Under the pieces are notes generated by a model. That model did not search any database, was not told the DNA's origin, and saw nothing but the letters and a program-made list of their open reading frames with translations. DNA of 64,000 bases from Mytilus edulis (taxonomy: Eukaryota): contig NC_092350.1 of NCBI RefSeq assembly GCF_963676685.1, positions 58,156,001-58,220,000 on the forward strand, read 5' to 3'. Made by a program: the position numbers and the translations under genes. Each line of letters starts with the position of its first letter. The first letter of the stretch is position 1. This document shows, piece by piece, positions 38,901-53,000 of this stretch.

Positions 38901-39442
38901 AATGATCTGAAATTAAAAAAAAAACATTCAAGACTCACAATGCCAGAGTATCCTTGCTTGAAACAGTCGGGGATACGCGAGGGGGAGGCGGAAGGAGGTA
39001 AAATGTTTTGTGAGATCTCAAACCCTTCTTTTAAAGAAACATGATGTAAAATTCTGCCGATAAAATCATAATGATTATGCTATAAGATATTCCAGATATT
39101 ACAAATGCAACATCAAGATGTACATAATTTGCATAATCAATTTGATAAACGAAGAAAAACAAAATCTGTTACAAATCAATGTTGCATATCTAGTCAATAT
39201 CATTGAGTACTTTAACTAGCCTTAATTAGCAAATATAACAAAAAACTTAATAAAAATTTCAGGAAAAACTGATAAACTTCTAAAACTGTCGTTTATAAAT
39301 TTTGAAATTATTTAGAAACCAAGGTTTCCACTCCCTCATGCAAAGTTGACTTTAGATAAATTTGGCTATTAATTTTTGCTCTTCAATGGTTTAGGTACTT
39401 ATCATGCTTATACATCCTCGGATTTTAAATGTTTGGCTTCGA

Positions 39443-39484
39443 GCGTTCCTGATGAAGGTAAATCCAGAAAAACGCTTCGGACGC
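39443..39484 (+). ncRNA. Minimal hammerhead ribozyme motif (Penelope-type, slightly decayed)
   Basis: gcgttc-CTGATGA-aggtaaatcca-GAAA-aacgct-TC-ggacgc. Confidence 0.6.
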
Positions 39485-40489
39485 ATGGAATTATTAAACG
39501 TGTTGTTTTCAATTTTTTTATTGAAATTATAGAGAGATCAAAGTTTCTAGAAACTACTAAGTATTCATATATCTATGCAAGACAACAGTATATGTATGTT
39601 AAATAACGATTGAAACAGTGCATCATAAGCCTATGAAGTTTTATATTATGTATTTAATGTAACGATATACTTTATATTCAGGTTGTACTATAATAAACAA
39701 TTCTTCTTCTTCTTCTTCTATTTATGACTTAACAAGATAACAGCATTATCACAACTTCTATAAATCATATCCCTATGAAGGAAAACGTATACTATAAACG
39801 AATAAGAAAAAAGAGCACTGCTTCTGATTTTTCTTGTCGATACGCAATATCATAAAATCACGATTTACTCATATATTACAAAACATATTTCTAACACTTA
39901 AACAACAATACCAACAAACCAAGAATACTATGATAAGCATTTGCAGGGTTCCATGATTAAACAATAACATTACTAGTGTTACAGGATCTGACCATTTTGG
40001 ATCACATAAGTCCACCCGGTTTCGGTTTACTATTTTTTTTAACTTCAACATGTTTAAGATATTAAATTAACTTTGTAAGTTATATTATAAAGTAAATGAG
40101 ATATCTTAAACAGTTTATAGGATATCTTATATAGCTTATAAAATGTCTTAAAAATATATGATTTATACGATATCTTATAGAGCTTATAAGATATCTTATA
40201 AATCATATGAGATATCTTATATAATTTGAATTATATAATTTATAAGATATCTTATAAATTTTATGAGATATCTAGATATCTCATAAAGTGAAGTTATCTC
40301 GCTGTGGTGAAGACCCATTGGTGGCCTTCGGCTGTTTACTGTTCTTTGGTCAAGTTGTTGTCTATAATGTAGAATTGAGAAATATACCATTCACCTATAA
40401 TTTAAGATTTTCACATTCCACTATAGGCCACAACATTGCACTAAATATTTTTTTTGTCTGTGCTCTTTTACAGAAATATAAAATGACAC

Positions 40490-41335
40490 ACAAATTAACA
40501 ACTATAGGTCACCGTACAGCTTCAACAATCGCAAGGCTTATCCCGCATAGTAAGCTATAAAAGACCCCGAAATGACAATGTTAAACAATTCAAACGAGAA
40601 AACTAACGGCCTAATTTATTTACAAAAAATAAACGAAAAACAATTATGTAACACATAAACAAACGAAAACCACTGAATTACAGGCTCCTGACTTAAGACA
40701 GGCACATACATAAATAATGTGGCGGGTTTAAACGTGTTAGCGGGATCCCAAATCTCCGCCTAACCTGGGACAGTGGTATAACAGAACAACATAAGAACGA
40801 ACTAAACAAATTAGTTGAAAAAGACTTAACTCATCAGATGGACAAAAATACAAGTGGGAGTGGCCGGGTACTTGTACATCCCAACAACAAAAGACATTAG
40901 GAACAGATCTTAGATTACTCGCAGTTAACTGACAGCTAGTTCAAAGCCACTAACAACTAATAATAAAATCATGCATCTAAGACTTAATTATCAATACATA
41001 CACATCCGACATCCAATGGATTTAGTGTAAAGACGTCATAAACAGTCAGAGAAAAACATGACCTTGTGCAATGCCAAGATACAGGTATCGACATATTGTA
41101 GATCCATGAATGTGTATATGTATATAATATACTAGTAATATTTAGTTTGCTTTTAATTTACTGATAACAACATCAATATGTATACCAATAAACAAACAAT
41201 ATTCAATGATCTTATTAAAGTGTTGAATTGGTAACCTTTTTGAATAAGTTTATTTAAAGGAGCGATAAGTTTACAAGGATTGTTTCTAAATTTCAGGGCA
41301 CGGTTAACAACATTTCCGTAAAAAGTATTTAAGGA
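40490..41335 (-). mobile_element. Penelope-like retroelement 3' fragment
   Basis: Minus ORF 41153-41356 FYGNVVNRALKF..KLIQKGY..IRSLNIV resembles the C-terminal helical region of Penelope-type RT ORFs; followed by the abundant repeat family. Confidence 0.5.
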
Positions 41336-42169
41336 ACGTTGAATAATATAGAACATATGTTACATTTGCAACATAGACAAATTCATAATTTGTATAATCA
41401 ATTTGATTAACAAAGAAAAATAAAGTCTGCTACAATTCATTGATGCATACCTTGTCATTGAAGTAATGTAATTTTTTTGTACATGCGAGAATATGAACAA
41501 AACATGGACAAAACAGTTATGTGTTATTTTTTTTTTTTTTTAGTGCTTAAATGGAATATACATTAATCTGTTAATTAGTGCTTTATTCAAGGAAATGTTT
41601 CGAAAATATTTGTTTTGAAAGGATTAATGATATACCGTTATCTTTTTCTGTTGTGAATATTAGTTTGAAATGCAAATGCGTTTTACAAAATCTAACTACA
41701 CTGTCTACAGTAAAATCGGATGCTATTTCATCAGTTGAAGGTAATTTTCATTTTCTGAGTTTTCTAATGACAGATTATAGATGGTTATGTCTTGGATAAC
41801 GTTAAACTAGTAAAACAAAATATGAGTGGACCACAACAACAATGAATAATATATAGTACAAGTAATAACCGTGAAAACATAACAAATATATATAAAAACA
41901 ACTGTTGACTGTTGTATGAAAATACAGTCAAATCTCAACTCACAAATGATAAACACTATAATTTACATGTATACTCAAACAGGTAGTTATACCTGTGCAG
42001 TGTTTGAAGTAAAATTACAGTATAATCTCAATATTTCAAATATTTACATGTATATACATATGATAAACAGGTAATTATACCTGTGCAATGTTTGAAGAAA
42101 ATTACAGTACTGATAATCTCTGCATTTGTGTGAGGTATTATTTTCCAGTCATCATTCATTATGTCCTAG

Positions 42170-45100
42170 TCAGACATTCAGTTCATTAAATTGCTTTAAT
42201 AGTCTGTCAATTTTATATCCTAAAAAGTTTCTTATTTCAATAAAAGTTCTGATCTCTTGTCTTAATATTTTGAGTGGTTGTATAACTTTTATTTTTTTGT
42301 AAGACATATAGTATACTTTATATATTGTGTAATGGATAATAGTTAAAAGTAAATTTAGTTCATAGTACTCTTTATCATGTATTTTATATCTCAAAGCTAT
42401 GCTTTTTAGATTAATAACATGTCTTCCAATATTTAATTTCTTAAGAATGTGTTGTACTTTTTCCCAGAATAATTCAAAATATGAACATTTGAGGAAGAAG
42501 TGTTCATAATTTTCTATATGTTTACAGTGTAAGCAGGTATCTGTTTCTACTATATGCCATTGTTTTAATAATTGATTACAGGGAAGTATATGATAAAGTA
42601 GTTTCCATCTAAATATTTTATATCTATTATCATCTAAAAATGTAAAAATAAATTTTAATGTTTGATATGCTAGATTAGTATTTTCTAGTGTAACATATGA
42701 TTTCCATTTTAAAAAGCCAATAGGTGTTTGCATTTCCTTTGCTTCAAGTAAGAAGATATAAATATCATGGTTATTTAGGGTTTGAATAGGTTTTTTGTTG
42801 ATGATGTTCAGATTTTCTTTTGTGTTTATATTGACTTGTGTATGTTTAGAAGGTGAGTTTTTGATGATATTGGTCCACTGTTTTGGAATAGCTTTCTTCA
42901 GTTTTGTAAGCTCAGCTATCCAGTTTTCCTTATTTTTTAGTTTACTTAGTATGATGTCTGAGTTTATATTTCCATCTTTATCTAATAAATCATTTATAAC
43001 CAGAATGTTGCTTTGTATCCAGTTTTTAAACAGTAAACATTTATTGTTGATGTTAATATATTTATTGCCCCATATTATTTGTTTCCTTATTTCCCAAAAC
43101 ATTGTAGGCTTTCGTATAGTTTTTTCTTTTGCTTTTATCCAGGTCTTTATTAACTGCATATAAAACTATGGGATTTATTTTATAATATCTTTTTCAATTA
43201 TATTTATATTGGCTATATTCATCTTGAATATTAAAAAATTATCTCCTAACGTATTCAAAAAATATTTTGGAATTATCTTCCAATTTTGCTCATCATTTTC
43301 TTCAAACAATAATTGTTTTATCCATTTTAATTCAATTGTTGAAATATAGGTATCTATACTAATCATTTTTAATACCGCTTCCGTATAATTTTGCGACAAA
43401 TTATCTCTTTTAATCATATCTATTTTTCCATTCCATATTTAATGAATGGCTATTATTCATTTTGAATTTATTGAACCATAAAACTAATTTTTGACTCCTC
43501 ACATTGAATAATCCGCGAAGCGGATTATGTAAAATGTGAAGAGTCAACAATTAGTTTTATGGTTCAATAAAATCAAAATAAATTATTGCCATTCATTATA
43601 AATAAATTTCTATAAAAAATAAGGCTCAAAGAATTTTCTATATTAATTATATTAAAACAATAACAACGTACACACAAGTTGGCGTATGAATATACAACGT
43701 CAGAGTGGGCGTGTCGCCATAAAAATTGAAAACATTGAAAATAAAACTAATAATTTTAACCAATCAGAAGACAGTAAATACACCAACTTTATTTATATAG
43801 TTATATATCTTACTTTTAATGTTTTGTATAAAATCTTTTGGTAATATCATATTGCTTGCTATATATGTTAAGTTTGGCAGTATTAGAGACTTGACTACAG
43901 TTATTCTTCCTAGCATACTTAGCTTTCTTTTTGACCACATGTTTATAATTTTTTCAATTTTATCAGCTTGTTTTTGACAATTAAGTTTTTTACAGTTTTC
44001 TTTATTATAGCCAAAATAAATTCCTAAACTTTTTAGGTCCAATTGATTCTTTCGAATTTATCTTTAGTATGTTTAAGTCTGCCTAGTCAAATTCCTTCAG
44101 TTTTAGTTCTATTTAATTTTAATCCTGAGAATGAGCCAAATGTTTCTATTAAGTTCATGACTAAAGATATTTCCTTTTTGGATTTTAAAAATAAGGTTGT
44201 GTCGTCAGCCAATTGACAATTTTTATACTACAGTCTTTTCCATTTAATTTAATTTCGAACCCTTTGATATTTTTCTCAGATCTAATTCTGCATGCTAATA
44301 CCTCCACCGCGAGTACAAAAATCAAAGCGGACAACGTACATCCTTGTCGAATTCCACGACAGATCGGAAAGGGGTTTGATATCCACCCATTATTTACAAT
44401 GCACCCTGATATACCATTGTATATAGTCTAAACCCAGTGTATAAAATCTTTTTTAAATCCAAATTTGTTTAATGTTTGTATCATGAAAAGCCATTCAATT
44501 GAATCAAAAGCTTTTGAAAAATCTAGAAATAAAATTGCTCCTTCAACATTGAAGTTTTCAGCATAGTCAATGACATCTTGTATTTGTCTTATATTAAATC
44601 CAATGTATATATTTTTTACATAGCCCTTCTGGTCCGCATTAACAATATTGGGTAGAACTTTTTTTAGTCTTTGTGCAAGTGTTTAAGCAAGAATGTTAAC
44701 ATCTACATTTAATAAAGTTATTGGCCTATAGTTATCCAGAGATTTTGGATCATTTTTTTTAAAGATCAATGAAATTGCCCCCTTTTTTTGTGAATTGGTC
44801 AAACTTTTCTTGTTATATGACTCATTATATACTTTGGTTTGTATCTTTTGAATTTGGGGCCAAAATTTTCTGTAGAATTCTACATTAAGTCCATCTAAAC
44901 CTGGTGCTTTATTAAGTTTCATTTCAAACACTGCTTCTGAAATTTCTTCTGATGTCACTAGCCCTTCTAAACTATTACTATCTTTATCTGAAAGTTTTTT
45001 TTTCTATTTTAGTATTTTGAATATACTCTTTAGTATGTAAGTTATCTTGATTTGAGGATTTATATAGTTTTTCATAATATTTTACTTCCTCTTTTAAAAT

Positions 45101-46339
45101 TTCTGTTTGGTCTGTTATAGTATTGCCTTTATTGTCATACAATTCTTTTATAGTTTTATTTATTTGTCTTGATTTTTCTAAATTCAAGAAAAAAGCAGTA
45201 TTTTTTTCACCTTCTTCTATCCATTTTGCCCTTGACCTTATTTGAGCTCCTTTAGTTTTTTCAAGGTATAATTGATTTTAATTTTCAGATATATTATTTA
45301 TTTGCGAAAGTAGTTCAGAATTATTAGTACTTTCACTTTGGTCTAATTTAGTATTTAGCTTATTAAGGTCGTTTTAATAAGTTTGAATTTTATCTCTTTT
45401 TTGTTTTGCTTTTCGTTTGCCAAAATCTAGACTGATGTCCCGAACTTCAGATTTAAAGTTGTCCCACAGTATACCTAAATTTTCTGTCGTTTTTTCTATT
45501 TTTTTCATAACATTTTATTAGTTTTTCTATATTACAACAGTAGTCTCTATCATTCAGTATTGATGAATTTAATTTCCAGTATCCTTTTCCTTTGTTTACT
45601 TCTTGAGTTCTGATTTTTAATGAAATACCGTTATGGTCTGTTGATTTTAATATAATAGGCCTTATATCTGCTTTGACTATTTGTGATTTACATTCTTTAC
45701 TTACAAGGAAGAAGTCGATTCTAGTTGCTTCTTATCTTGATTTTCTACGCCACGTATATTGAAGTTGTGTTGGTTTTTTTTATCTCTCCATATATCTATG
45801 AATTTGAAATATTTTATGAGCGTTTTAAGCCCGTGAACTGGTTTGTCGAATTTGTTTTTTGTTTTTTTATTTTTTGTATCATTAATTTTTAGAATATCAT
45901 TAAAATCTCCTCCCATTATAATTTGACCTAAGCTATGTTCTAGAGTCCAGTCTTTTACTTTTTTAAAGAAGGCATTTCTTTTTTTTGTTATATTTGGTGC
46001 ATATATATTTATAAGAGAATAGACATTATCTCCTAGTTCAACATTAATTGATAGATAACGTCCCTCCTGATCTTTAAATTCATTTATAATGTTATATTTT
46101 GTTTGTTTTGTAAACCAAATAGCTACACCCCTTGATGCGCTACTACCCCAACTATGAAAAATTTCTCCAGGTAAGTCATTATTTAAATTGTCATTCATAC
46201 TTCTGGTAAAATCTGTTTCTTGCATCATTAAAATTTGACATTTTTGCTGTTTGCACCACTCAAATAATCTTTTTCTTTTTTCAGATTGCAGTAAACCTTG
46301 AGTGTTTACAGAACATATGTGAAGTGGATTAGGAGCCAT
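42170..46339 (-). pseudogene. LINE ORF2 (APE endonuclease - reverse transcriptase - C-terminal Zn finger), disrupted
   Basis: SVNTQGL, QET, INIYAPN, GGDFN, DIWR (APE); KAPGLDG, YRPITLLN, GIRQGC, QLADDT (RT); CLHC..E..EHFFLKC; multiple frameshifts/stops and an insertion at 43438-43793. Confidence 0.92.
43438..43793. mobile_element. Hairpin-bearing non-autonomous insertion inside LINE ORF2
   Basis: Splits NYI|WNGK; TA on both sides; 157-bp imperfect palindrome 43441-43597. Confidence 0.75.
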
Positions 46340-46949
46340 TTGTCTGAAAAGGTAAGTTTGTTTACTTTTTTTATTTTCCTTCATTATTTGTTTGTTCTTT
46401 CCGTTTATTTTATTTATTCCGATGACGTACCTATGTATTGTTAACTCTGTCCTTAATTTAAATGACCTAGTTTGTTGGACCTTATAACATCTCATGTGTG
46501 TATTGACACTGTCACATGATGAGTGTAAATATAAACAGTACCACATGATTTTGCTATCATGTGACGTTTGTAAATAAAAACAATACCTTGTGTTTTCTAT
46601 ATTAGTTGATTCAAATTTGTTTATTGTAATGAGGGTTTTGCATAAGTTCTGATTTTTTCCCTGTTTAAATACCATAAACTAGTATGTATCTTGTAACAAT
46701 ATTTTTCATCCTTGCATGCAACTTAGCAGCATTTAAATTTAAATGTATACACTTGTTCACCAACTTATTTTTGCATACAATACAAATAATGTGACATCCT
46801 TTTGTCGCATTGGTTTCATTAAACCACATGCAGACTAAATATTTTTGTATATTTGTTTTGTATAAACATAAGAACATTGTTAATACAATGAGATATTTAC
46901 AATTAAAAAAATACATTGTATATTTAATGTGTTATTGTGTCATATTACT

Positions 46950-48203
46950 ATTCTTGCAGTTACTTTTTCTGCTTTTTTGAACAATTTTCTCTTTGATGTA
47001 ATTCTTCTGGAGGTGACTTTTCGAATACGTTCAAAAGGCATTTCACATTTGTTAACTTTGGTGTTTTTGGTACTGTTTCACTAGTTGTATTTGATGTTCT
47101 AACAACATGTACATATTCTGACATATTACTTTGTGTTTGATTCTGTTTTTTTGCTTTTTTTTTCCGTCGTTCGTCATTTCTCCTGATATTGTCTTTTGGG
47201 GTGTTTTGGGTTTCCTGTGGAATTGACTGAGATGGATTTATGTTTTCTGTGTCGCTTTCTGATTTTCTTTATTGTTTAGATTTTCCTTGGATTCTGTTGA
47301 TTTACCATCAGTTTCATTTCCTTCTTCATCTCCTGTTTGTGCTTTTGATGTTTCGTCTTCTTTCTCTTCCTCAGATTCTGAAATTTCTGTATTGTCTTGT
47401 TCATCCTCTGTGAACATACCTTCAGTGCACGCGTCTTGTTTGTGACCAGACTTCCCACACCCTTTACATTTTTAGTCGTTTGTACACTCACCAGCTATGT
47501 GTCCTTCTTCAAAACACTTTCTACAGATTATTTTCTGGTTGTTTCTTGGCTGTCCATAATGTATTATATTTGCAGAATACTTTCCTATTTTCAGAAATCT
47601 TGGAAGATGGTTTTCAAATTTCAGGCAAATGATTATACGGTCTCCTGTTTGACAATTTGTATTGAGATCTTTGTACCTTAACCGTTCTCTGCAGTGTGAA
47701 CGTATTTTGATGTTATATCTTTCAAAAACATATAGTATTTCTCCGTCGTCTGCGGATAATGGTATGTCTTTAACCCTGACTCTAATACTATCTTCTTTGT
47801 CATATTCTGTGAAGCGGGGATTTCTGGTATAGATTGTCATGCTCTGACCTCTAATAGAAAGTCCTTTGGATATGAGTGTTTCTCTATAACTTTTTCTATC
47901 TAAATATATTCACCATAGACCTTTGACGCGTTGCAATCCTCGTATTGTATGCTTTTTAACTACTTGAGACAGGTTATAGAACATTTCTGTGTTGGAAAAG
48001 TTCCAGTATTTCTTTTCTATAGATTTACCATCAAACCGCTCTTCTACTAGAATAAATACTGGCGTTTGTGCTTGAAAGTTTGATGATAGCCCTATTGGAT
48101 CTTCAACTTTTTTACTTTGTATCTCAGTCCTCACGGCCTCGGCATAGGACGCCATTTTGTCGTTGTCTTTGTGTTCAGTTTGTTTATCATTTTGAGTTGC
48201 CAT
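46950..48203 (-). pseudogene. LINE ORF1 (gag-like, CCHC zinc knuckles), frameshifted
   Basis: ORFs 47910-48203 and 47472-47840; CRKCFEEGHIAGEC knuckle, second knuckle relic (CGKSGHKQDAC), acidic/basic tail. The 3' end is approximate. Confidence 0.8.
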
Positions 48204-48656
48204 TTTTACTTTATTTTATTTTGTATGTAAAAACTTTTTGTTTCCCACCTTACAATGATGAATGTTTATGTCATCTAAATCGTTTTCTGTATCAAATTCT
48301 TCAATTTACACTAGTAATACACCTTTTCTTTCTCTCGAGTCAGTTCGTGTCCTTGGAGCAAAAGGTGCTCTCGAAAAGTCCGTATGTGTTATACTGGCAC
48401 TCTTTTAGTCTGTTTCAGAAATTGAAGCCAAATTGTATCACAAATGAAGCTCGTCTGTGATATCTATGCCCAAAATTGCAAAAATGTGGAAACCTTTTCG
48501 AATATCTTAAGAAATCCTTTCAATATAATTCAAAATGCATAGGTTATAGGGGACAGGACAATTTTTATTTTGCCCCCCCTTTTTTTTAATTCCATTATTT
48601 TTGTGTTTAACCTTGTAATATGAACATAAATATATTAGAAATAACTTGTTTTTACT

Positions 48657-49201
48657 CATCTTCGCTAGCCAAGGGTTACGATCCACTCCCGCTCTCTCCA
48701 CCCTTGGCGGATTAAGCTAACATTTGTGAAAACAATGTTGCGCCACCTATCGGGAGATAAAAGTCACGCCCATTCCGAATACATTATTCTTAACCAATGG
48801 TAGCACTTGAACTCTTCAATTTAGAGGTAAAAACACAGTACCGTCTAGATTCTTCACACGTGGTAAAGCCGGAAACGAAAATATACGAGTCAACATTCAT
48901 GTATAAGTGCATGAAACATACACAGGAACTTCTATTAGTTGATTAAAAACATTCAAGTTGTAACAAAATATAGTCGTATGTTTAGGGATGTAAAGACTTG
49001 TTGCACAATAAACACGTGGCAATTGTTTACAAACACCTTCTACATTTACATGTGATCATGTTATGTACGCTTTTTGATTGGATGCAGCGAGTTTCGACTG
49101 CAACCAATGAAAATCCTTATCCTGTGTCTACGAAATTTTATCTCAATCCGCCAAGGGTGGAGAGAGCGGGAGTGGATCGTAACCCTTGGCTAGCGAAGAT
49201 G
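48657..49201. mobile_element. MITE with perfect 57-bp TIRs and 9-bp TSD (AcademH- or MULE-like)
   Basis: catcttcgctagccaagggttacgatccactcccgctctctccacccttggcggatt at both ends; TSD GTTTTTACT (48648-56, 49202-10); absent at paralogous site ~36905. Confidence 0.9.
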
Positions 49202-49638
49202 GTTTTTACTATCCACAGCGGTCACTGATATATTATATACAGAGAAGATATCTCACTTCGTACCTTATCACCTATTTTCCTACGTGAATTCTAGGGGGAA
49301 TAACTTCCTATCAAATATTTAATTTCATTTAGGTCAGTAAGCTTTAACCGTTTTTGCAAATACTCCCCTGTTTAATGTGCCATGGCTTTAGATATAAATC
49401 GACCATCGTCATTTCGTCTTATTTTGATTCTTAATTGACGGAAGTATTGTATGGGCGACAACTTTAAATCCGGTTCCTGCATCAAATGTTCCGAATGTTA
49501 TTGAACAACATAATAAGATACGAGAGTATCCCATGACAGTTTAAAGTATAAATAAACTGTAAATTTGCTCGAGTTTATTTAAATTTTAAACTGTTATAGG
49601 AAACTCTGGTACCTTATTGTGTTGTTGAATAACATCAA

Positions 49639-50013
49639 GAGTCGTGGTGAAGTGGTTAATGCATCGGACTACTAACACAAAGGTTCCTGATTCGATTCCC
49701 GTTCCGGGATGAAAATTTCAGGGACTGAATGTTCGAATCTCCCTTGACACCATTTGCGAGTATGGTCTTGAGGAAACGATGATAATCCGTCGGAAGGGAA
49801 CGATAAATGGCTGACCCGTGTCAAGAGAGAGTCATATCTCTTGCACGTTAAATACACCATTGTAGATTTCGAAAAAGAACAGGCTAATGCCGCTACAAGG
49901 CAGCACTCGCACCCTCACCCGCAAAGTGGAAAGGGAATATCTATGACGAGTTTATTTAATACAAGTTACAAAACTTGTTTCCCAATCCACTATATATAAA
50001 TATGTTGAAACTA
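49639..50013 (+). mobile_element. tRNA-derived SINE with Deu/Nin-type core
   Basis: A box tggtgaagtgg, B box gattcgattcc, core ccgtcggaagggaacg..gcacgttaaa; short TSD ATCAA; absent at paralogous site ~37385. Confidence 0.8.
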
Positions 50014-53000
50014 ATCAATAGTAATTAAGTTCATGTATACGCTTCGGAATTGTGTGTGATATCCATTTTCATTGAACAAGTTCACAAATTTCTTAAGCCA
50101 GCCTCCTGGTGCGGGATTTGCTCGATGTGTTGAAGAACTATTGTGGCCTTTGACTGTTTTTGCTATTTTGTCGGGTTGTTGCTCTTTGATGTATTTCCAA
50201 TTTCCATTCTCAATTTAATAAAATTACTTTTGTTTGTCGCTGATATATAGATCATTGCAAATATCTCCCCACTGATCCATTCATGCACAAAACAAGTACT
50301 ACTTGGCATATGAAAAAAGTAAATTAGAACTGTGAAAGTACTGTGAGTCGGTTTCACCAAAAAAAAAAATGGACTAAGATCGGTTGTAATTATACTGAAT
50401 TGTTCATGACTTTTTTTATCAATCTTAGTCGTATGTTTTTTTTGTGAAACTGACTCCTGTAATGTAATCAGGTAAAACTAAGAAACATACCAATTTATTA
50501 TACACTAACCATTTTCATATTTGACCTCAGAGAAAATGTATATCATTGAAATGTATAATATGTATAAATATTTTCTGTGATTTGAAAGAGACCTGTGAAA
50601 TTCCGATGATGAAGTCAATTAAGATAGTGTGGATAACATAAACAAGATGTAACAACATCAAGATGTAAATAATTTACACAATCATTCGATGAACGAAGAA
50701 AAACAAAGTCTGTAACAAATCATGGTTGCATACCTTGTCAGTATCATTAAAGCACTTTAATTTGCGAGTATTACAAATATCAAGACCAAATGACGTATTA
50801 ATAAATAAAAGAAAGATTACAGTTTCTGTAAACTATTTCCGATATATTTACCAGGCAAAACTATTTGTTTTGATGTTTAAATATGTTACAAAATAGTCCC
50901 AAGTCCTGTAAACCTTATACATATCTTCGTTTTGACAAAATGTTATATTAATGAATAAAGGAACGATCATAGTTTCTGTAAACATACTTTATGTCTATAG
51001 CAGGCTTAAATGTTTATATCAATAGTTAAACTCGTGAAAAGAATGATCGCAACTTCTATAAACTACATGTCCAATGAATGTAAGGACAACATATAATATT
51101 ACCAATTATAAAAAAGGATCACAGGTTCAGAAATTTGTTGTTCATACCTTGTATCATCAACAGACATTTTATTTCATAATCAAACAAAGGAGTATTAAAA
51201 ATTGTATGACGATCTACGTGGACATACGTTTTAAGATTTTCACATTTCATTCTTGACTACAAAGAAAAATATATAATTATACTTTACATATACATTATAT
51301 TTACTCTTTAAAAGAAACATGTAAAAATTTGCTGATAAAATCACGCAATGATTATGTTGATCAAGAAGTAATTAATAAAGTTTGAATAAGATATTCGAGA
51401 TGTAACAAGTGCAACATCCAGATGTACATAATTTGCATAATCAATTTGATAAACAAAGAAAAACAAAGTCTGTTACAAATCATTGTTGCAAAACTTGTGA
51501 TTTAAGTAATTTAATTAGCCTTAACTTGCAAATACAACGAAAAAATACTTTTATAAGAAATATCATAACAAAATGATATACTACCAAATTAATGAAAGAA
51601 CACAGTTTCTGTAAACGATACCCAACATCAATTTCAAGCAAAAACATTTGTAATAATGATCAATATAAAAATAAGAAGATGTGGTATAATAGCCAATTTG
51701 ACAACACTCAACTAGAGACCAAATTACATAGAAGTTAACAACTATAAGTCAGCGAACGGCCGTCAACAATAAGCAAAACCCCTACCGCATATTAATGCAG
51801 CTATAACTGGCGTACAAACATATCAAAAGAAGGGTTACAAACCGTATGTCATATCTGCAATGGCAGAACAAAATAGTCTATTCATGAATAAAGGAAAAAT
51901 CACAGTTCTTTAAACCTTTCTATTATATATCTTTACCAGGCAAAACAAAAATATATTAATCATTAAACATGTTATAAAAGAATGATCTCAACATGCACAA
52001 CTTCTGTTGATGACATCCCTATCTGCAATGTAAGGAACACATATTATACCAATTAATAAAGGAAAGATAACTTTTTAAGAAAACCATACTCTTTATCTAT
52101 ATCGGGTAAATATAATTATATTTAGGATAAGAAATGTTAAAAGAATAATCCTATCTTAGATAAACAAAATCTTATATGTATGTACGGACAACATATCATA
52201 TTACTGAATAAAGGGAAGATCACACGATCAGAAATCTGTGGTCCGTAAATTGTATCATCGACAGACAATTTTGTCATAAGCAAGTAAAGAAGTATTAAAA
52301 AAATGTGTGAACTACCTGTACTACATATACTAATTTGAAGAAAAGCTATTATATATGAAGAATGAACAAAAAAGTATAAAGTGTGAACTTTGCTAAGTGG
52401 TAATGTAAAATCAATTTTAAATAAAATTCAACTGATAACAAAACCATTTCGACTAACAAATATATTAATGTCACGAATAAAAATATATTCGCTTATTCAC
52501 AGAATCCATTGAAGACAGTAACTGTGACCGTTCTCTGTAATGAAAAATTTAGGGAAACACCGGTTTATTACACATTTAATATTTTCATATTTTACTCTAG
52601 ACTAAACAGGAAATTAAATATTTGCACTTTATATAAAAATAAGAACAAATAGGTCTTCAACACAGATAGACAATTCCGCTTCCGTCGGCGGGTTTCAGCT
52701 AGCCCCTAAACAAAAAAAGTTAGTTGAATATGGTCGTCATACTAAACTCCAAAGCATATAAATGAACCAAAATGATAAAAAAAAATTCAAGACTAACAAA
52801 GGCCAGAGGCTCCTTACTTGGAAAAGTCGCACATATGCGGCCGGATTAAATATGTTTTGTGCGATTTCAACCCCCTCATTAAAATAAACATGTAAATTTT
52901 TGCTGATTAAATCATAATGTTGATGTTATTAAATATTCCCGATATTACAAATGCAACATCAAGAAGTGCATAGTTTGATATAATCAATTTTATAAACGAA

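Larger units (their letters stand above)
41527..48382 (-). mobile_element. Full-length but decayed L1/Tx1-clade LINE
   Basis: Poly(A) tail (T run 41527-41541), minus-strand AATAAA at 41582-87, TSD TATGTGTTA (41518-26, 48383-91), ORF1 and ORF2 remnants. Confidence 0.9.

Noticed and set aside
42795-43163. Plus-strand hydrophobic ORFs over the LINE and DIRS (also 48068-48460, 56196-56676)
   Set aside because: Antisense shadows of TE coding strands.
49639-49712. tRNA gene
   Set aside because: The tRNA-like head continues into a SINE core and tail and is absent at the paralogous site; it is a SINE.
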